DNA of 64,000 bases from Bdellovibrionales bacterium RIFOXYD12_FULL_39_22 (GTDB lineage: Bacteria; Bdellovibrionota; Bacteriovoracia; Bacteriovoracales; Bacteriovoracaceae), in contig MEQL01000040.1 of the NCBI GenBank assembly GCA_001770205.1, positions 1-64,000 on the forward strand, written 5' to 3'. This document shows positions 30,543-39,103 of the stretch, one piece after another. Position numbers and translations under genes: made by a program. The notes below the pieces were generated by a model. The model searched no databases. It was not told the DNA's origin and saw nothing but the letters and a program-made list of their open reading frames with translations. Position 1 is the first letter of the stretch, and every line of letters starts with the position of its first letter.

Positions 30543-31292
30543 GTGAAAAAAATTTGTGCATTGGTACTGTTTGTTTTGTCGTTTTCGCTGATGGCCGAGG
30601 AGATCAAAATCTCCGGTGGGGCCGCCCCGCTCAATAATGTGTTTAAAAAAATTCAGAGCGCGTATGAGGCATCATCAGGTAATAAACTTATTCTTGCCGA
30701 AAATGGGCCAGATCTTGCTTTTATTGAGTTGGAAAAAGGGTTAATTGATGGAGCATCTGGAGGTGTAGGATTTGAAGATTGGATGAAGATGATGGCAGAA
30801 AAAGGTCATCCGGTGGCCAATCCTACCGATTATAAGTACCGAGTTGTTGGCAAAGATATTGTGACAGTTGTTGCCAGCAAAGATGTAACCAAAAAAGAAT
30901 TATCCAACGATGATTTAAAAAAAATCTTTACGGGAGCAGTGAAAAATTGGAAAGACGTTGGAGGATCGGATCTTCCTATCAAGCTAGTATTGGGGGAGAA
31001 CATCCCAGGAACGCTGAAAGTTTTTAAAAAACAGGCCATGGGTGATGCAGAGTATGCTCCTAGTACTGTTACTGGTGCAAAGACGGCCGTAGATGTTGTC
31101 GCCGTGGTGGCCAAGACTCCGGGATCAATTGGGGTTTCTGCCAAGGGAGTAGATTTTTCAGCGGTAGCACTACCTAAAACTGAAATATTCGGCCGACCAA
31201 TTACCTTTATTACCAAAGGTGCTCCATCAGAGAAGGTGCAAAAAATGCTAGATTTCATTGCTAAAGAAGGCAAAAAGCTAGGGGTAGATTAG
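30543..31292 (+). CDS. PstS-like (PBP_like_2) periplasmic substrate-binding protein
   Basis: Signal peptide, VGKDIVTVV, LKKIFTGAVKNWKDVGG, GT..VF, PGSIG, GRP motifs. Confidence 0.85.
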   Translation: MKKICALVLFVLSFSLMAEEIKISGGAAPLNNVFKKIQSAYEASSGNKLILAENGPDLAFIELEKGLIDGASGGVGFEDWMKMMAEKGHPVANPTDYKYRVVGKDIVTVVASKDVTKKELSNDDLKKIFTGAVKNWKDVGGSDLPIKLVLGENIPGTLKVFKKQAMGDAEYAPSTVTGAKTAVDVVAVVAKTPGSIGVSAKGVDFSAVALPKTEIFGRPITFITKGAPSEKVQKMLDFIAKEGKKLGVD

Positions 31293-31314
31293 TTAGAATT
31301 TGCCTTAGATATTT

Positions 31315-31365
31315 TTCCTTCCCTTTTTAATACCTGTTAGCTGTTGGTATTAAAAAGGGAAGGAA
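31315..31365. terminator. perfect 20-bp inverted repeat, probable bidirectional terminator
   Basis: TTCCTTCCCTTTTTAATACC (31315-31334) and GGTATTAAAAAGGGAAGGAA (31346-31365), 11-nt loop, at the junction of convergent genes. Confidence 0.75.
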
Positions 31366-32053
31366 TCTCCCAATCAATTCCTGCTATATCATTACTTTCC
31401 AAAAATTTATTGGCCTGCGAAAAGGGGCGGCTGCCAAAAAAACCGCGATAGGCCGAAAGCGGAGAGGGATGGGGTGATCTTATAATCAGATGTTTTTTGT
31501 CATTCAGATTAGCTCCCTTGCTTTGAGCATAAGAGCCCCAGAGAATAAACACCATGGCCTTTTTTTGTAGGTTTAAGGCCTCTAAAACTTTATCAGTAAA
31601 TTGTTCCCAGCCACGTTGATGATGAGATGCCGGGCGATTTTGCTCCACGGTTAAAATACTGTTTAATAGTAGGACTCCTTGCTTGCTCCAACTTTCTAAA
31701 AAACCATGATTAGGAGGTGCGATTCCTAAGTCCGAAGAGAGCTCTTTGTAGATATTAAGTAGCGAAGGCGGTGGCGGTATATTGGGTTTGACGGAGAAAG
31801 AGAGGCCATGTGCTTGGCCAGGCCCGTGGTAGGGGTCTTGGCCAATAATTGCCACTTTTACGGCGTCAAAAGGTGTTGCCAGAAAGGCCGAAAAAATTTC
31901 AAAACTGGGAGGGTAGATGATTTTTTTTAGAGCAAACTCATGGGCCAAAAATTGGCGCAGTGAGGCCATGTATGGTTTGGAAAATTCTTCTCCCAAATGT
32001 TGCATCCAGCAGTCCGGGAGAGGCGGTTTTTTTTGTTTGCTTGTATTCTCCAT
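31337..32053 (-). CDS. ung: uracil-DNA glycosylase (family 1)
   Basis: GQDPYH, PPPSL, GVLLLN, HPSPLS. Confidence 0.98.
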   Translation of the reverse strand: MENTSKQKKPPLPDCWMQHLGEEFSKPYMASLRQFLAHEFALKKIIYPPSFEIFSAFLATPFDAVKVAIIGQDPYHGPGQAHGLSFSVKPNIPPPPSLLNIYKELSSDLGIAPPNHGFLESWSKQGVLLLNSILTVEQNRPASHHQRGWEQFTDKVLEALNLQKKAMVFILWGSYAQSKGANLNDKKHLIIRSPHPSPLSAYRGFFGSRPFSQANKFLESNDIAGIDWEIPSLFNTNS

Positions 32054-32099
32054 GAAGTTGAGGATAAACTATTGTGGATATAAAAAGTAGAGAAAATTT

Positions 32100-33206
32100 A
32101 TGGCCAGTAAATTAATCACCAAGGCCCAGCAAGCTGCTGGATATTACCTTGACAAAAATCAAGTAAAATCAATTATTCCCTTGGGGGGTGGGTTAATTAA
32201 TAAAACCTTTCTTATAATTTTTGAGCGTAGCGATGAAAAACTAATTCTACAAAATATCAACAAGATGGTTTTTAGTGATCCGTTATTGGTTATGCAAAAT
32301 ATTGAGCAGGCCCTCTTCTATGTTGCGGGCCAAGAAACCTCTTTGGAATTTCCGCGCTTTTTAAAAACACGAAATGGAAGATATCTCCATCTTGATGAGC
32401 AAGGAGAATTTTGGCGTTTGATGACATTTATTCCGCACACTCTATCATTTGATAAAACAGAAGACTTGGCCATCATCGCAGGAATGGCAGAGAGTTTGGC
32501 AAAATTTCATCTCGCCTTTAATGACGCTCCTCTTGGAAATTTTTCCGTAACGTTGCCAGGATTTCATAAGACTACAAGCTATTTAAAAAAATATGAAGAA
32601 GATTTATTATTATCTGTAGGCCTAGAAGATGGCACCGCCAAAGAAGATAATTATTGTCGTCAGATAATTAGTAGATATGGAAAGCAAGCGGCCGTACTAG
32701 AAGAGGCCACCGAAAGGGGAGAACTAGCTTTGTCAATTATGCATGGTGATCCAAAGCTTTCTAATATTTTATTTGATGCTATTACCAAAAGGCCTAGGTC
32801 TATTATTGATTTGGATACCATTATGCCCGGATTAATACTGTATGATGTGGGTGATGCGGTAAGATCTGTTTGTAATTTGGCCGGGGAAGATAATTTAAAA
32901 AATCAGAAGATAGAGTTTGACCTGAAGTTTTTTGCCACTTTCTGGCAAAGCTATCGACGACATGCTGCTTTGCTAATCAATGATGGGTTTATAAAATATC
33001 TTTTTGCCGCCATTTGGTTATTGCCTTTTGAATTAGGACTGCGCTTTTTCTTGGATTATTTACAGGGAAATGTTTACTTTAAAATCGATTATCCACAACA
33101 TAACTTAAAGCGAGCGCTGGGACAATTTCACCTAATGGAAGATATCTTTGTAAAAAAAGAGGCGATTTTAAAAATCATTAGAAATGGTGGGTTTTATGAG
33201 ATTTGA
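32100..33206 (+). CDS. APH-family phosphotransferase (N-acetylhexosamine kinase-like)
   Basis: GGGLINKTF, ILQNIN, HGDPKLSNILFD, IDLDT.MPG, YDVGDAVRS, RFFLDYL.G..YFK. Confidence 0.85.
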   Translation: MASKLITKAQQAAGYYLDKNQVKSIIPLGGGLINKTFLIIFERSDEKLILQNINKMVFSDPLLVMQNIEQALFYVAGQETSLEFPRFLKTRNGRYLHLDEQGEFWRLMTFIPHTLSFDKTEDLAIIAGMAESLAKFHLAFNDAPLGNFSVTLPGFHKTTSYLKKYEEDLLLSVGLEDGTAKEDNYCRQIISRYGKQAAVLEEATERGELALSIMHGDPKLSNILFDAITKRPRSIIDLDTIMPGLILYDVGDAVRSVCNLAGEDNLKNQKIEFDLKFFATFWQSYRRHAALLINDGFIKYLFAAIWLLPFELGLRFFLDYLQGNVYFKIDYPQHNLKRALGQFHLMEDIFVKKEAILKIIRNGGFYEI

Positions 33207-33753
33207 GTTGCGGCAATTTCCCGCAGACAAGAAAAATTATCCATTCAAAATATATGGTGATATCTCAATGTTCCATCAGGTGATGAGAATAACCTTTATC
33301 CTAGAGGGAGATTTATCAGAAATTAATCTTCCTTCGCCAGGCACCTCCAACCGTCGTTTTTGTTTGTGGGAAGATAGTTGTTTTGAAGTTTTCTTTCGCG
33401 ATAGCAGTGGAAAAATTCCTGGTTACTGGGAGTGTAATTTTGCACCATCGACAGAGTGGAATATTTTCCGTTTTTTAGAGTATCGCAAAGAGATAAAAGA
33501 GGACTTACATTTTTCACAGATAAAAATTCATCCGAAACAGACCTCCTCTTGTTTGGAATTATCGATTGAATTAAATTTGGCCGAGAGCGATTTTGAATTG
33601 TTAAATCTTTCGGTGGCAATTTCTGCGGTAATCAAAAATAAAGAGAGCAAAGAGAGCAAAGAGAGCAAAGAGAGTAGTCTGTGGGCATTAGTGCATGGTA
33701 GGGATCGTCCGGATTTTCACAATCCAGATAGTTTTGTTATTGAATTACCCTAA
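33196..33753 (+). CDS. DOMON-like domain protein
   Basis: LWEDSCFEVF, YWECNFAPS..WN, WAL.H...PDFH motifs. Coupled to the phosphotransferase gene. Confidence 0.75.
   Translation: MRFELRQFPADKKNYPFKIYGDISMFHQVMRITFILEGDLSEINLPSPGTSNRRFCLWEDSCFEVFFRDSSGKIPGYWECNFAPSTEWNIFRFLEYRKEIKEDLHFSQIKIHPKQTSSCLELSIELNLAESDFELLNLSVAISAVIKNKESKESKESKESSLWALVHGRDRPDFHNPDSFVIELP
33640..33674 (+). repeat. in-frame 9-bp tandem repeat (AAAGAGAGC, about 4 copies, KES)
   Basis: Directly visible in the sequence. Confidence 0.9.
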
Positions 33754-33882
33754 AACTATAGCTGAAAAATTACGCATGCATTCCGGCCTGTCGATCACCA
33801 ACCAATTCTATCCAGTATTAAAGTGTGGCCAACTAAAATCAATCTTTGCATAATTATCAAAAATATATTTTAGGAGTTAGGT

Positions 33883-34407
33883 GTGACAATAATATTGAAG
33901 CAACTTTTTAATTTCATAAAGCTACTCAATTCAGATACCGGGTTAAATCAAATTTCCGCTGGTATAGCGTGTGGTTTTATTTTAGGAATGGCCCCGGTTT
34001 TTTCGTTGCAGACTTTATTGATTTTATTTTTGATGTTTTTTTTCCGCATACAGATGGGAGCGGCCTTCATGTCGGCCTTCTTTTTTGCCTTTATGGCGTA
34101 TTTGTTAGATCCAATTTTTCATGAAGTTGGTTGTTTTATTTTAGAAATGGATTCCCTCTATGGCATTTTTGCCGTTCTTTACAATACGCCGATTATTCCC
34201 TTTACTCGTTTCTATAACTCGGTGGTGATGGGAGCAGGAGTGACTTCTATTATTTTGTCTCCACTAATCTTTTTATTGGCCCGAGTTTTGATTAGTAAAT
34301 ATCGCCAGAATGTAGTGGAAAAATTAAAGAAATCAAAATTAGCAATATTGTTAAAATCAACCTCTTTTTACAAATGGTATGCAAAATATGACCAATTCTA
34401 TGGATGA
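33883..34407 (+). CDS. TIGR03546-family membrane protein
   Basis: LLNS...NQI, G..LG..P, P.IPFTRFYNSVVMG motifs. Lies upstream of a TIGR03545-like gene. Confidence 0.85.
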   Translation: MTIILKQLFNFIKLLNSDTGLNQISAGIACGFILGMAPVFSLQTLLILFLMFFFRIQMGAAFMSAFFFAFMAYLLDPIFHEVGCFILEMDSLYGIFAVLYNTPIIPFTRFYNSVVMGAGVTSIILSPLIFLLARVLISKYRQNVVEKLKKSKLAILLKSTSFYKWYAKYDQFYG

Positions 34408-36382
34408 TGACAAAAATAATACTAAGATGACTACAGACGTTAAGGCCTCCCCTCCTGTTGAGGCCTTGGCCAAAATTCCTAAAAAGCAGGGCCCCATTCG
34501 TTGGGGCGCGGTAATTCCCTTCGCGGTAATTGTGGCCTTGCCGACACTCTACTATACCATCTTTTTTGATGCTCATTTTAGAGGGGCCATCGAAAAATAT
34601 GGAAGCAAATTTAATAAAGCACCGGTAACGGTAGGTGATGTTCGAAGTAGTTTTGCCAACGCCTCAATAGAGATCACAAGAGTGGCCGTTACCAACGCAG
34701 AAAAACCGGCCTACTATAGTTTTGTGTTAGGCAAGTTAACGTTCAAAATGAGATGGGATGCATTGCTGCGAGGAAAAATTGTCATAGACGAGGCCTCTTT
34801 AGAAAGGATTGAGATTAATCCGCCCAAAGAGGGAATTGCAAAATCTAAGCGAGAATCACCATTTGATGTAGATTTAATTGCAAGTAGCTATGCCGAAGAT
34901 AGCGGAGTAAAAGGAATGGCCTCGGAGGTTTTGCAAGAAAAGTATGAAGGAAATATTTTGGGTGATTTGGCCGCTATTTTAGATGGAGGTGATCCTCTGG
35001 CCGGATTTAAACCAACTTCGGAAAATTATGAGAGCTTGAAGAAAGTTAAAGAGATTGAGTCGGCGGTGACAGAAAAAGAAATAAAGTGGCAAGAGCGAAT
35101 TTCTAAGCTTCCTACCACTGAGAAAATTGATGAGATGAGCGCCAAACTTAAGGCCATTGATACCAAAAAGTTAAAAAATCCTAAGGATATTAAGGCCGCC
35201 GCCGAAAGCATAAAAGAGGTGGCCGATAACGCTAAGAGTACACTCAAAGTAGTAAAAGATGCCAAAGAGGCTGTGGGCGCTGATCTAAAATATTTTAAAG
35301 AGGGAGTTTCTCAAATTCAAAGCTTGGCCGAAAAAGATTATGAAGAATTAGAGAAACGATTAAAAATTCCCGATATAAATGTGGCAGACTTAGGGACTCA
35401 ACTGTTTAAACGCTACATAATGCAAAAGCTGGCCCCGTATCAGAAATACATAGATATGGTGGACGACTATCTTCCTAAACCCAAGAGAACACCCAAAGAA
35501 ATTTTGGAAAAACCAGCAAGGGGAGTTGGCCGCAACTATAGTTTTGGCCGACAAAATGCTTATCCTCTGTTTTGGTTGCGACATGCGAAAGTTAGCTCTA
35601 CTTCCACTGACTCTGCTTTTAGTGGCGATATCAGTGGTGAGATTAGCAATTTATCTACTGATCAGAAGATATCTGGCCGTCCTATTGAGGTGGCCTTTTC
35701 CGGAGCTTTTCCACAGCAGAAAATTTTGGGCCTCAGTGGACGAGCGACTTTTGATCATACAAAAGAAGTGGCGGTGGAAAGTTTTTTATTTAAAGTAGAT
35801 TCCTATCCGGTGGATACACAGTACATCGTTGATACAAAGGGAATAAAATTTGGATACAAAAAGGCCCTGGGAGAAGCGCAAATAAATGGCACTTTCTCTG
35901 CAGGAAAAATTAATCTAACTTTAAACAATAGTTTGCAAAATGTGGACTATGATGTTTATGCGCAATCAAAAATTTTATTGGATATTCTCAATACTACTGC
36001 AGAAAAAGTGGAGCCTCTAACTATAAATAGCAAAATCAGTGGTGATTTTTCATCTCCTTCCGTTTTAGTAGAATCCAATTTGGCCTCAGCATTAAAGGAC
36101 AGTTTAGGTGAGCAGCTTGATTTGAAAGTGGCAGAAAGTAAGGCGCGAGTGCGTGAAATGGTGGATGCACAAATTGCCGGGCCCAAAAAAGAGTTAGAAG
36201 ATAAGATTGCTAGTTTTTCCTCAAAATATGAGGACAAATTAAAACCCATTGAGGAAAAAACTAATGGGATTTTAAAGTTGGGAGATGAAAAAAAATCTGG
36301 GGCGGGAAAACAGGGTAGTAACGCTGTTAAAAATACCGCGAAGAAACAATTAGGTGGATTGAAAAAGAAACTTAAATTCTAA
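34379..36382 (+). CDS. TIGR03545-family protein (AsmA-like)
   Basis: IRWGAVIPF N-terminal anchor, coiled-coil middle, RG.GRNY.F...YP.FWL motif. True start uncertain (34379-34427). Confidence 0.8.
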   Translation: MQNMTNSMDDDKNNTKMTTDVKASPPVEALAKIPKKQGPIRWGAVIPFAVIVALPTLYYTIFFDAHFRGAIEKYGSKFNKAPVTVGDVRSSFANASIEITRVAVTNAEKPAYYSFVLGKLTFKMRWDALLRGKIVIDEASLERIEINPPKEGIAKSKRESPFDVDLIASSYAEDSGVKGMASEVLQEKYEGNILGDLAAILDGGDPLAGFKPTSENYESLKKVKEIESAVTEKEIKWQERISKLPTTEKIDEMSAKLKAIDTKKLKNPKDIKAAAESIKEVADNAKSTLKVVKDAKEAVGADLKYFKEGVSQIQSLAEKDYEELEKRLKIPDINVADLGTQLFKRYIMQKLAPYQKYIDMVDDYLPKPKRTPKEILEKPARGVGRNYSFGRQNAYPLFWLRHAKVSSTSTDSAFSGDISGEISNLSTDQKISGRPIEVAFSGAFPQQKILGLSGRATFDHTKEVAVESFLFKVDSYPVDTQYIVDTKGIKFGYKKALGEAQINGTFSAGKINLTLNNSLQNVDYDVYAQSKILLDILNTTAEKVEPLTINSKISGDFSSPSVLVESNLASALKDSLGEQLDLKVAESKARVREMVDAQIAGPKKELEDKIASFSSKYEDKLKPIEEKTNGILKLGDEKKSGAGKQGSNAVKNTAKKQLGGLKKKLKF

Positions 36383-36398
36383 TTGAGCGGCCATTTTT

Positions 36399-38036
36399 AT
36401 GGGCATTTTTAAACTACTTCTGGAGAAGCGACTAGGGCCACTTTTTTGGACTCAATTTTTTGGTGCATTTAATGATAACCTTTTTAAAAATGCCTTAATC
36501 ATTTTGATTGCCTATAGCGCATCTGGGGCGAACGCTATAGTTTTGGTGAATATTGCTGCCGGCCTTTTTATTTTACCCTTTTTTATTTTTTCTGCCTTTG
36601 CCGGCCAATTGACAGATAAGCTAGAAAAATCTTGGATTATCAGACAAACTAAAGTTTTAGAAATTATTATCATGCTTTTAGCGGCCTTAGGATTTTATCT
36701 AGAAAATAATGAATATCTTATTTTTGTGCTATTTCTTATGGGGGCGCAGTCAGCATTTTTTGGCCCCGCTAAATATAGTATTTTGCCCCAACATTTAAAA
36801 CCAGAAGAACTAATGAGCGGAAATGCGCTGGTGGAGATGGGAACTTTCTTGGCAATTTTGCTGGGAACAGTGGCCGGAGGAGTTTTGATCTCTATTCCTC
36901 AGCGCGGCCCGTTTTGGGTTTCTCTGGGACTGGTGGCCGTTGCAGTTTTGGGTTGGCTTGCAAGTTTGAATGTTCCGGAGGCCAAGGCACCTAATCCCTC
37001 TTTGCAAATAAAATACAATCCGATGGTAGAGACTTTTAAAAATATGCGTGATTTGGCAGATAATCGCTTTGTTTTCATTGCGATCATGGCAATTTCCTGG
37101 TTTTGGTTTTTTGGATATTTTTATTTGGCACAGTTTCCTTCTTATACCAAAGAGATTTTAGGGGGAGATGAGCATATCGTTACGTTGTTACTTACCATTT
37201 TTTCCATTGGGATTGGCCTGGGGTCTTGGTTATGTGAGCGCCTATCCAACAAGCTAATTGAGTTGGGGCTAGTTCCTATCGGGGCCTTAGGACTTACTAT
37301 TTTTTCCATTGATATTTACCTGGCCCGGCCAGTGGCGGCAGATAATCTAGCGGCCCTCATCTCGATTTCTGAATTTTTAAGTGTTGGCGCGAATTATCGC
37401 CTTATCTTAGATCTTATTTTAGTTGGATTATTTGGTGGTTTTTTTATTGTTCCTCTGTATGCTGCAATTCAAGAACGGGGTGATCGCACTCGACTTTCTA
37501 GGCAAGTGGCCAGCAATAATATCTACAATGCACTTTTTATGGTAGGGGCCGCGATCTGCGCTATGATATTGGCCAAGTTTTCTATCACTATACCGCAGAT
37601 GTTTGTTATTATGGCCGTGACAAATTTAGTTGCACTTTTTCTGCTAGTTTTATCACTTCCTGAATTTGCCTTGCGTACCCAATTGTGGTTTTTGTATCGT
37701 TGGCCGAAAGAAAACAAAGAAAACAAAGAAAATCAAAGAAAATATGTGCTAAAAGAAGAGCTACTCAATGTAGTAATACTTCCATCTTCTTCCCAAGATA
37801 GAAACGCATGGGGAAATACAGTCTATCACTTAAGACAGAGGGCCGTTTTATGGGTGCCACAACTACCACTGCTTTATCGACTCTTTGGACGTAGTGGGCG
37901 AGATTATATTTTATATGAAGAAGAGATATCTCGGGCCTTAAGTGATCCTCATACGGTGTTGGTAATTGATCAAATGTTGTGGGATAAACATTCCCCGGCA
38001 ATTTTAAAATTCTCTCCATCTCTAAATATTTTATAA
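36399..38036 (+). CDS. LplT/Aas-like MFS transporter with degenerate C-terminal acyltransferase-like tail
   Basis: PLFWTQFFGAFNDNLFKNAL, FFGPAKYSILPQHL, GNALVEMGTFLAILLG, FIVPLYA. Confidence 0.88.
   Translation: MGIFKLLLEKRLGPLFWTQFFGAFNDNLFKNALIILIAYSASGANAIVLVNIAAGLFILPFFIFSAFAGQLTDKLEKSWIIRQTKVLEIIIMLLAALGFYLENNEYLIFVLFLMGAQSAFFGPAKYSILPQHLKPEELMSGNALVEMGTFLAILLGTVAGGVLISIPQRGPFWVSLGLVAVAVLGWLASLNVPEAKAPNPSLQIKYNPMVETFKNMRDLADNRFVFIAIMAISWFWFFGYFYLAQFPSYTKEILGGDEHIVTLLLTIFSIGIGLGSWLCERLSNKLIELGLVPIGALGLTIFSIDIYLARPVAADNLAALISISEFLSVGANYRLILDLILVGLFGGFFIVPLYAAIQERGDRTRLSRQVASNNIYNALFMVGAAICAMILAKFSITIPQMFVIMAVTNLVALFLLVLSLPEFALRTQLWFLYRWPKENKENKENQRKYVLKEELLNVVILPSSSQDRNAWGNTVYHLRQRAVLWVPQLPLLYRLFGRSGRDYILYEEEISRALSDPHTVLVIDQMLWDKHSPAILKFSPSLNIL
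37707..37732 (+). repeat. in-frame 9-bp tandem repeat (AAAGAAAAC, about 3 copies, KEN)
   Basis: Directly visible in the sequence. Confidence 0.85.
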
Positions 38037-38061
38037 AAAATGGGGAGCAAAAAAGCTCCCC
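38034..38061 (-). terminator. intrinsic terminator of the outer-membrane protein gene
   Basis: GGGGAGC-6nt-GCTCCCC stem followed on the minus strand by a T tract. Confidence 0.8.
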
Positions 38062-38093
38062 GCGAGATAACAAAAGTTTAAAAATTATCTTAT

Positions 38094-38933
38094 TTAGAAG
38101 GCGGCCAAGGAGATGTTCATCCCATAAGTGGCCATTTCTGGATATTTGGTGATGTCTCCTTTGAAGGCCTTGCCGGGAGAGGCCGAAAAGGGAAACGCAT
38201 CAGCAAAGAGTGATGCCGAAACATTGGCCGAAAGGGCATAATCTATAGAAGGAATTAAGCGTAATGCTTGGTAGTAGTCTGGTGAAGCTTTGTCTTTTAC
38301 ATTGTACAATACCACTGCTGCTCCAGCAGATAATTTGTTGGTGAGGGAAATTGAAGGCGCGGCCTGTAGCACAATATAATTTTCATCACTGCCTCCGGCC
38401 ACGCGGGCAAATTGATAGAAGGCAGCGCCCCCACTCATACTTAGTATGCCCATAGAACGCGACAGGCCAACTGCGACTTTAGCATATCCTGCCAAACCAT
38501 CGGCCTTTTGAGTGGCCTCTGAAGGAGTTGCACTAACAGTTAGCGAGGCCCCCATATTAACGCCATGCTTATCTTGTTTTAAGATTCCAGAATGGCCATA
38601 TTTTATAAAGGATTCAGAAAAATTAGTTTTTCCGGGTGCGCCGGTGGGATCGGATTTATAGTTAACTTCATTGTACCAGCTTAAACTATCACTTTTGGTT
38701 AGTTTATATCCCAAGGTAGTGGCCAAGGTATTTCTAAAAGATTCTGGCCTCTTGTTGCCCAATGCATAAGCGCGAACTTCATTATCAACGGATAAGCTAA
38801 AAGATGTTTTTTGTAAAAGATGTCTTAAGTTTGAGATGCTAGTGCCACTGCTGGTGGCCGTAGATGAAGAAGTTGATGCGAGTGCCAACGAAGAGAGCGA
38901 GAGCGAAAAAAGTAGTGTGTTAAAAAGTTTCAT
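38094..38933 (-). CDS. putative outer-membrane beta-barrel protein
   Basis: Start MKLFNTLL (ATG 38933, GGGGG RBS), signal peptide, Ser/Thr linker, amphipathic strands, terminal Phe. The longer ORF-track start lies upstream of the promoter. Confidence 0.75.
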   Translation of the reverse strand: MKLFNTLLFSLSLSSLALASTSSSTATSSGTSISNLRHLLQKTSFSLSVDNEVRAYALGNKRPESFRNTLATTLGYKLTKSDSLSWYNEVNYKSDPTGAPGKTNFSESFIKYGHSGILKQDKHGVNMGASLTVSATPSEATQKADGLAGYAKVAVGLSRSMGILSMSGGAAFYQFARVAGGSDENYIVLQAAPSISLTNKLSAGAAVVLYNVKDKASPDYYQALRLIPSIDYALSANVSASLFADAFPFSASPGKAFKGDITKYPEMATYGMNISLAAF

Positions 38934-38989
38934 GATTCCCCCTGTATTTTTGTTGTTATCCAATTTGGTAAATCCCCGGGATGAAACTA

Positions 38990-39006
38990 AGCAAGTGATG
39001 TGCCAA
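38990..39006 (-). promoter_or_regulatory. sigma54 (-24/-12) promoter
   Basis: TTGGCAC-ATCAC-TTGCT matches TGGCAC-N5-TTGCW, 56 bp upstream of the ATG. Confidence 0.85.
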
Positions 39007-39103
39007 CAAAATTGCAAAAAATTTTGCAAAAACGTTCTCAAATGGTGTCACAATATATTTTTTGCTGCGGAGTGCGGTGCGAGTTGGGAACAGTTCTCTG
39101 AAG

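Noticed and set aside
38934..39041. N-terminal extension of the 315-aa ORF in the track
   Set aside because: It overlaps the sigma54 promoter and precedes the RBS and signal peptide. The real start is most likely 38933.
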